A stretch of DNA of 64,000 nucleotides from Auanema rhodensis (taxonomy: Eukaryota > Animalia > Nematoda), in contig OZ059894.1 of the NCBI GenBank assembly GCA_964057225.1, positions 13,144,001 to 13,208,000 on the forward strand. The letters are read 5' to 3'. Below the pieces are notes generated by a model. It saw only the letters and a list, made by a program, of their open reading frames with translations. It had not been told where the DNA came from and did no database searches. The translations under genes and the position numbers were made by a program. Below, piece after piece: positions 53,234 to 64,000 of this stretch. The number at the start of each line of letters is the position of its first letter. Position 1 is the stretch's first letter.

Positions 53234-55806
53234 AAGGCTTCTTCGTCTAAAAGAAAGGAGCAGTAGAGAGCGGTTTTTGCGTTCCAGCGGGATGCAAAGA
53301 GGTCGAAGGACGGCACACCGTAGCTCCGGAAGATGCTAGCAGCCACTTCCGGATGGAGGGCCCAGTCCTCGTGGAGGCACTTGCCTCTAGATAGTTGGTC
53401 TGCTGAGAGGTTCAGTTTCCCAGCTATGTGCGTAGCCCTAATCCGAATATCGCGTTGTCTGCAAAAGTCCCACAGATCGCGTGCTAACTCCGAACCTCTC
53501 TCGGAGGCCGCGCCGCCGCGTCTGTTGATGTAGGTGATGGCTGAGGTATTATCGATTAGTAGGAGAACGTCTACTTTGCGCCACTTCGAGCCGAAGTGTA
53601 CCAGAGCTATGAAAGCCGCCGTAAGTTCTAGCCAGTTAATGTGTTGCGAGGACCTTTCAAGGGGAGACCATTTTCCTGAAATGGTGTTCCCCTCCCAAGT
53701 AGCTCCATATCCTTCGCCAGAGGCGTCGGAGGTAATAGAGAAGGTCGGTGAAAAAGGGACTAGTGAGCTAGCCGAGCGGAGGGTCAGAGACTCCTTGGAT
53801 AAGATACCATTCAAGGTTTTCCGAAGGTCTGCCCTAATCGAGACGGAGGTGGAGCGCGATTTAGGGTCGTTTATGTTAGGAATGCCCATCCGTCTTAGGT
53901 CAAATTGGATTTGGCGAACCCAGAACGAAAGGTGTGGATGTACCACCGTGGCAAAGTTTAGTCTCCCAATAAAGGAAGATAACGTTCCTAACAGGGAAAC
54001 CTGAGACCGGAGTAGAGACAGCAAGGTAGCGTCTATCACATCCTGTTTTCCTGGGGGAAGGCGCCATTGTAGTTTACTCGAGTCTATCTCTAGACCTAAA
54101 AACTCAAGAGATTGGGTTGGTATAAGGATAGATTTCTCAAAGTTAATTGAGAAACCTGCCTCTTCAAATAGTCTGATTGCACGGTGAGCGTGGTGTGCTA
54201 CTCTAGCTGCGGACGAGTCTAAGAATAGCCAGTCGTCTAGGTAATTAATTAGCCGTATGCCCAGCTCTCTGAGGGACGCCGCGAGAACTCTCATGAGTTT
54301 GTGGAACACATAAGGGGCTGTGCCGAGGCCAAAGGGGAGGACGCAGAAAACAAACTGACATCCATCGATCTCAAACCCCAGGAAGGATTGATGTTCGCTA
54401 GCGATAGGGATAGAGTGGTAAGCCGCCTGGAAATCTACCTTACATAGCCAATCGTTATGTTGTAGGACCGAAGGTAGGTCCCGAATCGACTCCAGTTTAA
54501 AATGGGGTATCCTTATAAAGGAGTTGAGATTCTTCAGGTTAAGAATGAAGCGGCTAGATCCGTCTGCCTTCGGTACGAAAAAGGTGGAGGATATATAGAC
54601 CCTTTCTCCTGGGTGAGCTAGTCTAATGGCCCCCGTGTTTAAGAGTTCCGCAATAAGGGGGTTAGAGGGAAGAGGAGATGTCTGCGTGGTGTGACGGGAT
54701 AACTGGCGTCCTGGTTCCACCCCGGAGAAGGGAAGGCGATAGCCTTGTACTACGCTAAGGATATCAAGATCCTTAGAGATGGTCGACCAAAATTCCAGAT
54801 GGGATAAAAGGGCTCCTGCCCGAAAAGGAACGGACCTGTTGCTAGTGTTGGTCCTATAGGTGGGTCGAGCTGGTTGTCCCGGACGTTGATTTGATAGTGG
54901 CCTTGTGCGTTGGTGGTCCCTGGAGTTGGAGTTGGTTCTGGACGTTCTTGAGAGTTCGGAGAACGCTGAGAGTTCCGCTCTCAGTTTCTTTCCAAAAAGT
55001 TCTGGAGCTAACTCCTGAGAAAATACATTATTAGGTATTGGACGCTTGTGGCAATTTACCTCCTGCGAACTATCGAGCGGAATGGTGGATCCGTAGAGCG
55101 GAGCTTTCTTGTAACTCGGCATGGCCTTGATTGGCTGGGACTGTTTCATTTTGAGGAGAGCGACCTCCCGGAGGTGAGTGTAGTTCGTTTTGATGTTGGC
55201 GCTCAGAAAACGTTCCGTAATGTTGAGGTAGGCCTGCTGCTTGGAGGAGAGTGGAGATTTGTTGTCGATCTTAGCGAGCTTCCTGATAATGCGCAGGCCC
55301 GCGAGAGCGTTGAGTGTATTCTCATACGAGGCTCTTATGTCACTTTCACTGATCTTGACTGACGGTTTTACGGAGACATCCACATGGGTAGTATATCTTT
55401 CATCCAAAACTGGTAACCGTGCGAAGGGAGAGTCCAAAATTGGGAGTTCGGATAGGATGTCCGACCTATCAGCATGCGACATGGAACAGCCTGAAGCGAG
55501 CCGTTCAAAATCGGCGAGTTCGGAGCCTGCTAATCGGACTAAGGGCCTGGTGCGAGGTCCCTGTGACTCGGGTGGCATTGGTACAAAGTCATCTTCGTCC
55601 GAGGAGTCCCCTTGAACTGGGTCGAGTTCATGATGGAAGTGCTCCAGGGGGTCGTCGTGGGTAGAGTTGGAAGAAGCAGGGCGAACATCGCGTTGCGAAG
55701 AATCCATGGAGGCGTCGGAAGACATTGAGGCAGATGAGCGGCCCCTTTTCGGAGCAGGCTCACTGTCAGGGGCTTGTCCCTTCTTGATGGTTCGAGAGGG
55801 AGCCAT
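53077..55806 (-). CDS. Fused Gag-like / reverse transcriptase / RNase H / N6-adenine methyltransferase-like polyprotein
   Basis: ATG at 55806 (the ORF track starts at an upstream TTG, 55836). Gag-like N-terminus with PELFG and an R/S/N-rich tail. RT: W..I..D....VVQGYRLPF, VDFQAAYHSIPI, LPFGL..AP, YLDD (54232-54243), FLG. RNase H: TSDAS, HINWLEL, IDNTSA, HIAGKLN..AD.LSR. MT-like: DLFAS..N, DAF...W, AFPPF (FPPF at 53164-53175). It ends at a TGA that appears premature (see findings). Confidence 0.94.
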   Translation of the reverse strand: MAPSRTIKKGQAPDSEPAPKRGRSSASMSSDASMDSSQRDVRPASSNSTHDDPLEHFHHELDPVQGDSSDEDDFVPMPPESQGPRTRPLVRLAGSELADFERLASGCSMSHADRSDILSELPILDSPFARLPVLDERYTTHVDVSVKPSVKISESDIRASYENTLNALAGLRIIRKLAKIDNKSPLSSKQQAYLNITERFLSANIKTNYTHLREVALLKMKQSQPIKAMPSYKKAPLYGSTIPLDSSQEVNCHKRPIPNNVFSQELAPELFGKKLRAELSAFSELSRTSRTNSNSRDHQRTRPLSNQRPGQPARPTYRTNTSNRSVPFRAGALLSHLEFWSTISKDLDILSVVQGYRLPFSGVEPGRQLSRHTTQTSPLPSNPLIAELLNTGAIRLAHPGERVYISSTFFVPKADGSSRFILNLKNLNSFIRIPHFKLESIRDLPSVLQHNDWLCKVDFQAAYHSIPIASEHQSFLGFEIDGCQFVFCVLPFGLGTAPYVFHKLMRVLAASLRELGIRLINYLDDWLFLDSSAARVAHHAHRAIRLFEEAGFSINFEKSILIPTQSLEFLGLEIDSSKLQWRLPPGKQDVIDATLLSLLRSQVSLLGTLSSFIGRLNFATVVHPHLSFWVRQIQFDLRRMGIPNINDPKSRSTSVSIRADLRKTLNGILSKESLTLRSASSLVPFSPTFSITSDASGEGYGATWEGNTISGKWSPLERSSQHINWLELTAAFIALVHFGSKWRKVDVLLLIDNTSAITYINRRGGAASERGSELARDLWDFCRQRDIRIRATHIAGKLNLSADQLSRGKCLHEDWALHPEVAASIFRSYGVPSFDLFASRWNAKTALYCSFLLDEEAFCVDAFSHNWKLLPQGLLFAFPPFHLLKRTINRLASSGRRAILVAPVWKSQI

Positions 55807-55837
55807 AGCGTCCAAACTTGTGAGGCTCAAAAACAAA

Positions 55838-55872
55838 AACTGACTTTACTTACCACTTTCTTGCCCTTTATA
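55838..55872 (-). promoter_or_regulatory. Candidate RNA polymerase II core promoter: TATAAA at -31 and Inr TCAGTT
   Basis: The coding strand reads TATAAAGGGCAAGAAAGTGGTAAGTAAAGTCAGTT. TATA starts at 55872 and the Inr A(+1) is at 55841, 35 nt upstream of the gag ATG. TCAGTT matches the TCAKTY initiator consensus and the spacing is canonical. Confidence 0.62.
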
Positions 55873-55992
55873 CCCCGGTTTCCCGCCTTTAGCCCTCTTT
55901 CACACGGTCTTGTTATTTAAATTTTGGAAAATTTTTCTTTTATCACGTGAGGTCATGTTAAACAATATAGCTATAGTCGAATCAATATAATA
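55840..55992 (-). repeat. 5' inverted terminal repeat (153 bp)
   Basis: Reverse complement of 51607-51759 (152/153 identical). Contains the palindromes TCACGTGA (55943-55950) and TATAGCTATA (55966-55975). Confidence 0.96.
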
Positions 55993-58900
55993 ATGTTTTT
56001 AACAGTAAAGTAGATATAATTTTAATTATTTTGATACTCAAAAAATAAAACATGAAAATATTTTATAATTTTCCAATTCATTTTACTCTATTTTCTTCAT
56101 TTAATCATGTTTCTTGGAACAATTTTAAATTTTTACAATAATTTCGAAACAAATCATCCAGTTAATAATGTTTTTAACAGTAAAGAAGTTATAATTTCAA
56201 ATATTTTGATACTCAAAAAATAAAACATGAAAATATTTTATAATTTTCCAATTCATTTTACTCTATTTTCTTCATTTAATCACGTATTTTGAAACAATCT
56301 CAAATTTTTACAATAGTTTTGAAACAATTCATTCGTTCATTAAGATTTTAAACAGTGAAAAAAAAAAGTTTGAATATTTTGATACTCAAAAAATAAAACA
56401 TGAAAATATTTTAAAATTTTCCAATTCATTTTACTCTATTTTCTTCATTTAATCATGTTTCTTGGAACAATTTTAAATTTTACAATAATTTCAAAACAAA
56501 TCATCCAGTTAATAATGTTTTTAACATTAAAGTAGATATAATTTTAATTATTTTGATACTCAAAAAATAAAACATGAAAATATTTTATAATTTTCCAATT
56601 CATTTTACTCTATTTTCTTCATTTAATCACGTATTTTGAAACAATCTCAAATTTTTACAATAGTTTTGAAACAATTCATTCGTTCATTAAGATTTTAAAC
56701 AGTGAAAAAAAAAAGTTTGAATATTTTGATACTCAAAAAATAAAACATGAAAATATTTTAAAATTTTCCAATTCATTTTACTCTATTTTCTTCATTTAAT
56801 CATGTTTCTTGGAACAATTTTAAATTTTACAATAATTTCAAAACAAATCATCCAGTTAATAATGTTTTTAACATTAAAGTAGATATAATTTTAATTATTT
56901 TGATACTCAAAAAATAAAACATGAAAATATTTTATAATTTTCCAATTCATTTTACTCTATTTTCTTCATTTAATCATGTTTCTTGGAACAATTTTAAATT
57001 TTTACAATAATTTCGAAACAAATCATCCAGTTAATAATGTTTTTAACAGTAAAGAAGTTATAATTTCAAATATTTTGATACTCAAAAAATAAAACATGAA
57101 AATATTTTATAATTTTCCAATTCATTTTACTCTATTTTCTTCATTTAATCACGTATTTTGAAACATTCTCAAATTTTTACAATAGTTTTGAAACAATTCA
57201 TTCGTTCATTAAGATTTTAAACAGTGAAAAAAAAAAGTTTGAATATTTTGAAACTCAAGAAATAAAACATGAAAATATTTTATAATTTTCCAATTCATTT
57301 TACTCCATTTTCTTCATTTAATCACGTATTTTGAAACAATCTCATATTTTTACAATAGTTTTGAAACAATTCATTCGTTCATTGAGATTTGAAACATTAA
57401 AAACGATCTTAATTTGAATTTTCTGATACTAAAAAAATAAAACATGGAAATATTTTATAATTTTCCAATTCATTTTACTCCATTTTCTTCATTTAATCAC
57501 GTATTTTGAAACAATCTCAAATTTTTACAATAGTTTTGAAACAATTCATTCGTTCATTAAGATTTTAAACAGTGAAAAAAAAAAGTTTGAATATTTTGAA
57601 ACTCAAGAAATAAAACATAAAAATATTTTATAACTTTCCAATTCATTTTACTCCATTTTCTTCAATTAATCACGTATTTTGAAACAATCTCATATTTTTA
57701 CAATAGTTTTGAAACAATTCATTCGTTCATTAAGATTTTAAACAGTGAAAAAAAAAGTTTGAATGTTTTGATACTCAAGAAATAAAACATGAAAATATTT
57801 TATAATATTCCAATTCATTTTACTCTATTTTCTTCATTTAATCACGTATTTTGAAACAATCTCATATTTTTACAATAGTTTTGGAACAATTAATTCGTTC
57901 ATTAAGATTTGAAACATTAAAAGCGATCTTAATTTGAATTTTCTGATACTAAGAAAATAAAACATGGAAATATTTTATAATTTTCCAATTCATTTTACTC
58001 CATTTTCTTCATTTAATCACGTATTTTGAAACAATCTCAAATTTTTACAATAGTTTTGAAACAATTCATTCGTTCATTAAGATTTTAAACAGTGAAAAAA
58101 AAAAGTTTAATTATTTTGATACTCAAGAAATAAAACATGAAAATATTTTATAATTTTCCAATTCATTTTACTCCATTTTCTTCATTTAATCACGTATTTT
58201 GAAACAATCACATATTTTTACAATAGTTTTGAAACAATTCATTCGTTCATTGAGATTTGAAACATTAAAAACGATCTTAATTTGAATTTTCTGATACTAA
58301 AAAAATAAAACATGGAAATATTTTATAATTTTCCAATTCATTTTACTCCATTTTCTTCATTTAATCACGTATTTTGAAACAATCTCAAATTTTTACAATA
58401 GTTTTGAAACAATTCATTCGTTCATTAAGATTTTAAACAGTGAAAAAAAAAAGTTTGAATATTTTGAAACTCAAGAAATAAAACATGAAAATATTTTATA
58501 ATTTTCCAATTCATTTTACTCCATTTTCTTCATTTAATCACGTATTTTGAAACAATCTCATATTTTTACAATAGTTTTGAAACAATTCATTCGTTCATTA
58601 AGATTTTAAACAGTGAAAAAAAAAGTTTGAATGTTTTGATACTCAAGAAATAAAACATGAAAATATTTTATAATATTCCAATTCATTTTACTCTATTTTC
58701 TTCATTTAATCACGTATTTTGAAACAATCTCATATTTTTACAATAGTTTTGGAACAATTAATTCGTTCATTAAGATTTGAAACATTAAAATCGATCTTAA
58801 TTTGAATTTTCTGATACTAAGAAAATAAAACATGAAAATATTTTATAATTTTCCAATTCATTTTCCTCCATTTTCTTCATTTAATCACGTATTTTGAAAC

Positions 58901-61900
58901 AATCTCAAATTTTTACAATAGTTTTGAAACAATTCATTCGTTCATTAAGATTTTAAACAGTGAAAAAAAAAAGTTTGAATATTTTGAAACTCAAGAAATA
59001 AAACATGAAAATATTTTATAATTTTCCATTTCATTTTACTCCATTTTCTTCATTTAATCACGTATTTTGAAACAATCTCATATTTTTACAATAGTTTTGA
59101 AACAATTCATTCGTTCATTAAGATTTTAAACAGTGAAAAAAAAAGTTTGAATATTTTGATACTCAAGAAATAAAACATGAAAATATTTTATAATATTCCA
59201 ATTCATTTTACTCTATTTTCTTCATTTAATCATGTTTCTTGGAACAATTTTAAATTTTACAATAATTTCGAAACAAATCATCCAGTTAATAATGTTTTTA
59301 ACAGTAAAGTAGATATAATTTTGATTATTTTGATACTCAAAAAATAAAACATGGAAATATTTTATAATTTTCCAATTCATTTTACTCCATTTTCTTCATT
59401 TAATCACGTATTTTGAAACAATCTCAAATTTTTACAATAGTTTTGAAACAATTCATTCGTTCATTAAGATTTTAAACAGTGAAAAAAAAAGTTTGAATAT
59501 TTTGATACTCAAGAAATAAAACATGAAAATATTTTATAATATTCCAATTCATTTTACTCTATTTTCTTCATTTAATCATGTTTCTTGGAACAATTTTAAA
59601 TTTTACAATAATTTCGAAACAAATCATCCAGTTAATAATGTTTTTAACAGTAAAGTAGATATAATTTTGATTATTTTGATACTCAAAAAATAAAACATGG
59701 AAATATTTTATAATTTTCCAATTCATTTTACTCCATTTTCTTCATTTAATCACGTATTTTGAAACAATCTCAAATTTTTACAATAGTTTTGAAACAATTC
59801 ATTCGTTCATTAAGATTTTAAACAGTGAAAAAAAAAAGTTTAAATATTTTGATACTCAAGAAATAAAACATGAAAATATTTTATAATTTTCCAATTCATT
59901 TTACTCCATTTTCTTCATTTAATCACGTATTTTGAAACAATCACATATTTTTACAATAGTTTTGAAACAATTCATTCGTTCATTGAGATTTGAAACATTA
60001 AAAACGATCTTAATTTGAATTTTCTGATACTAAAAAAATGAAACATGGAAATATTTTATAATTTTCCAATTCATTTTACTCCATTTTCTTCATTTAATCA
60101 CGTATTTTGAAACAATCTCAAATTTTTACAATAGTTTTGAAACAATTCATTCGTTCATTAAGATTTTAAACAGTGAAAAAAAAAAGTTTGAATATTTTGA
60201 TACTCAAGAAATAAAACATGAAAATATTTTATAATATTCCAATTCATTTTACTCTATTTTCTTCATTTAATCATGTTTCTTGGAACAATTTTAAATTTTA
60301 CAATAATTTCGAAACAAATCATCCAGTTAATAATGTTTTTAACAGTAAAGTAGATATAATTTTAATTATTTTGATACTCAAAAAATAAAACATGAAAATA
60401 TTTTATAATTTTCCAATTCATTTTACTCTATTTTCTTCATTTAATCATGTTTCTTGGAACAATTTTAAATTTTACAATAATTTCGAAACAAATCATCCAG
60501 TTAATAATGTTTTTAACAGTAAAGTAGATATAATTTTAATTATTTTGATACTCAAAAAATAAAACATGAAAATATTTTATAATTTTCCAATTCATTTTAC
60601 TCCATTTTCTTCATTTAATCACGTATTTTGAAACAATCTCATATTTTTACAATAGTTTTGAAACAATTCATTCGTTCATTAAGATTTTAAACAGTGAAAA
60701 AAAAAAGTTTGAATATTTTGATACTCAAGAAATAAAACATGAAAATATTTTATAATATTCCAATTCATTTTACTCTATTTTCTTCATTTAATCATGTTTC
60801 TTGGAACAATTTTAAATTTCACAATAATTTCGAAACAAATCATCCAAATAATAATGTTTTTAACAGTAAAGTAGATATGATTTTAATTATTTTGATACTC
60901 AAAAAAGAAAACATGAAAATATTTTATAATTTTCCAATTCATTTTACTCCATTTTCTTCATTTAATCACGTATTTTGAAACAATCTCATATTTTTACAAT
61001 AGTTTTGAAACAATTCATTCGTTCATTAAGATTTTAAACAGTGAAAAAAAAAAGTTTGAATATTTTGATACTCAAGAAATAAAACATGAAAATATTTTAT
61101 AATATTCCAATTCATTTTACTCTATTTTCTTCATTTAATCATGTTTCTTGGAACAATTTTAAATTTTACAATAATTTCGAAACAAATCATCCAGTTAATA
61201 ATGTTTTTAACTGTAAAGTAGATATAATTTTAATTTATTTGATACTCAAAAAATAAAACATAAAAATATTTCATAATTTTCCAATTCATTTTACTCCATT
61301 TTCTTCATTTAATCACGTATTTTGAAACAATCTCATATTTTTACAATAGTTTTGAAACAATTCATTCGTTCATTGAGATTTGAAACATTAAAAACGATCT
61401 TAATTTGAATTTTCTGATACTAAAAAAATAAAACATGGAAATATTTTATAATTTTCCAATTCATTTTACTCCATTTTCTTCATTTAATCACATATTTTGA
61501 AACAATCTCAAATTTTTACAATAGTTTTGAAACAATTCATTCGTTCATTAAGATTTTAAACAATGAAAAAAAAAAGTTTGAATATTTTGAAACTCAAGAA
61601 ATAAAACATGAAAATATTTTATAATTTTCCAATTCATTTTACTCCATTTTCTTCATTTAATCACGTATTTTGAAACAATCTCATATTTTTACAATAGTTT
61701 TGAAACAATTCATTCGTTCTGTAAGATTTTAAACAGTGAAAAAAAAAAGTTTAAATATTTTGATACTCAAGAAATAAAACATGAAAATATTTTATAATTT
61801 TCCAATTCATTTTACTCCATTTTCTTCATTTAATCACGTATTTTGAAACAATCTCAAATTTTTACAATAGTTTTGAAACAATTCATTCGTTCATTGAGAT

Positions 61901-64000
61901 TTTAAACAGTGAAAAAAAAAGTTTGAATATTTTGATACTCAAGAAATAAAACATGAAAATATTTTATAATTTTCCAATTCATTTTACTCTATTTTCTTCA
62001 TTTAATCATGTTTCTTGGAACAATTTTAAATTTTACAATAATTTCGAAACAAATCATCCAGTTAATAATGTTTTTAACAGTAAAGTAGATATAATTTTAA
62101 TTATTTTGATACTCAAAAAATAAAACATGAAAATATTTTATAATTTTCCAATTCATTTTACTCCATTTTCTTCATTTAATCACGTATTTTGAAACAATCT
62201 CAAATTTTTACAATAGTTTTGAAACAATTCATTCGTTCATTAAGATTTTAAACAATGAAAAAAAAAAGTTTGAATATTTTGAAACTCAAGAAATAAAACA
62301 TGAAAATATTTTATAATTTTCCAATTCATTTTACTCCATTTTCTTCATTTAATCACGTATTTTGAAACAATCTCAAATTTTTACAATAGTTTTGAAACAA
62401 TTCATTCGTTCATTAAGATTTTAAACAGTGAAAAAAAAAAGTTTGAATATTTTGATACTAAAAAAATAAAACATGAAAATATTTTAAAATTTTCCAATTC
62501 ATTTTACTCTATTTTTTTCATTCAATCACGTATTTTGAAACAATCTCAAATTTTTACAATAGTTTTGAAACAATTCATTCGTTCATTGAGATTTTAAACA
62601 GTGAAAAAAAAAGTTTGAATATTTTGATACTCAAGAAATAAAACATGAAAATATTTCATAATTTTCCAATTCATTTTACTCAACAACAATTCATTCGTTC
62701 ATTAAGATTTGAAACATTAAAAACGATCTTAAATTGAATTTTCTGATACTAAGAAAATAAAACATGGAAATATTTTATAAAAACGATCTTAAATTGAATT
62801 TTCTGATACTAAGAAAATAAAACATGGAAATATTTTATAATTTTCCAATTCATTTTCATTCAATCACGTATTTTAAAACAATCTCAAATTTTTACAATAG
62901 TTTTGAAACAATTCATTCGTTCATTAAGATTTTAAACAGTGAAAAAAAAAAGTTTGAATATTTTGATACTCAAGAAATAAAACATGGAAATATTTTATAA
63001 TTTTCCAATTCATTTTACTCCATTTTCTTCATTTAATCACGTATTTTGAAACAATCTCAAATTTTTACAATAGTTTTGAAACAATTCATTCGTTTTGTAA
63101 GATTTTAAACAGTGAAAAAAAAAAGTTTGAATATTTTGAAACTCAAGAAATAAAACATGAAAATATTTTATAATATTCCAATTCATTTTACTCTATTTTC
63201 TTCATTTAATCATGTTTCTTGGAACAATTTTAAATTTTACAATAATTTCGAAACAAATCATCCAGTTAATAATGTTTTTAACAGTAAAGTAGATATAATT
63301 TTAATTATTTTGATACTCAAAAAATAAAACATAAAAATATTTTATAATTTTCCAATTCATTTTACTCCATTTTCTTCATTTAATCACGTATTTTGAAACA
63401 ATCTCATATTTTTACAATAGTTTTGAAACAATTCATTCGTTCATTGAGATTTGAAACATTAAAAACGATCTTAATTTGAATTTTTTGATACTAAAAAAAT
63501 AAAACATGGAAATATTTTATAATTTTCCAATTCATTTTACTCCATTTTCTTCATTTAATCACGTATTTTGAAACAATCTCAAATTTTTACAATAGTTTTG
63601 AAACAATTCATTCGTTCATTAAGATTTTAAACAAGGAAAAAAAAAGTTTGAATATTTTGAAACTCAAGAAATAAAACATGAAAATATTTTATAATTTTCC
63701 AATTCATTTTACTCCATTTTCTTCATTTAATCACGTATTTTGAAACAATCTCATATTTTTACAATAGTTTTGAAACAATTCATTCGTTCTGTATGATTTT
63801 AAACAGTGAAAAAAAAAAGTTTAAATATTTTGATACTCAAGAAATAAAACATGAAAATATTTTATAATTTTCCAATTCATTTTACTCCATTTTCTTTATT
63901 TAATCACGTATTTTGAAACAATCTCAAATTTTTACAATAGTTTTGAAACAATTCATTCGTTCATTGAGATTTTAAACAGTGAAAAAAAAAGTTTGAATAT
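55988..64000. repeat. AT-rich ~173-bp tandem satellite array (right arm)
   Basis: Resumes in exact register (TAATA-ATGTTTTTAACAGTAAAGTAG) with the same orientation and monomer classes. It carries more private substitutions and a rearranged monomer at ~62680-62860. Confidence 0.98.

Larger units (their letters stand above)
51569..55992 (-). mobile_element. Full-length DIRS1-type tyrosine-recombinase retrotransposon (4419 bp plus one duplicated 5-bp TAATA core)
   Basis: Much more GC-rich island that splits satellite CAGT-TAATA-ATGTTT. It has ITRs, a 3' extension and an ICR, plus ORFs for gag-RT-RH-MT and a tyrosine recombinase. No protease or DDE integrase motifs were seen. This combination defines the DIRS1 group. 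Confidence 0.97.

Noticed and set aside
52074-55763. Short ORFs antisense to or nested in the DIRS genes (62-156 aa)
   Set aside because: Shadow frames of the real RT and YR genes, several with non-ATG starts and none with recognisable motifs.
52019-55836. Prophage integrase, retron, DGR or bacterial contamination
   Set aside because: RT-RNaseH-MT plus YR with ITRs and an ICR is the eukaryotic DIRS1 architecture, and both junctions are in exact register with the satellite.
51569-55992. DNA transposon with TIRs and a 5-bp target-site duplication
   Set aside because: No DDE transposase is present, the termini are asymmetric, and the duplicated TAATA is encoded in the element's own junction copy (ICR).
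20348-60978. Repeated 63-79 aa ORFs (MKIFYNIPIHF...)
   Set aside because: They are chance open frames through 174-bp class B monomers, extended where one TAA is altered. They have low-complexity AT-codon composition and no gene context, and serve only as HOR markers.
1-64000. CRISPR-like reading of the array (constant block plus variable block) next to an RT and a recombinase
   Set aside because: The variable parts are homologous to each other and fall into a few recurring classes, not unique spacers. There are no cas genes, and the unit size is that of a satellite.

Overview
Eukaryotic satellite DNA. About 59.6 kb of the window is one head-to-tail, single-orientation array of AT-rich ~173-bp monomers (about 171-175 bp; 35/173 G+C in the first monomer; roughly 340 copies). 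It has two main monomer classes, a third sub-class, and locally different higher-order repeats: 9-mer-like units on the left and a homogeneous 2776-bp 16-mer with 8/12/13/14-mer derivatives at ~30-48 kb. This looks like centromeric or pericentromeric satellite, but that role is an inference. The array is interrupted once (51569-55992) by a structurally complete ~4.4-kb DIRS1-type tyrosine-recombinase retrotransposon on the minus strand. The element has 153-bp inverted terminal repeats with one mismatch, a 3' terminal extension, and an internal complementary region (ICR) that exactly spells the circle junction. It encodes one fused gag-RT-RNaseH-adenine-methyltransferase-like ORF and an overlapping tyrosine recombinase ORF with an intact R-K-HxxR-W-Y catalytic set. 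It sits at a 5-bp TAATA core shared by the circle junction and the satellite target, with no satellite base lost. A TATA(-31)/Inr promoter lies at the inner ITR edge, the only ITR mismatch creates a poly(A) signal in the 3' ITR alone, and a TGA occupies a conserved Trp position of the methyltransferase domain. The host species cannot be identified from this sequence.
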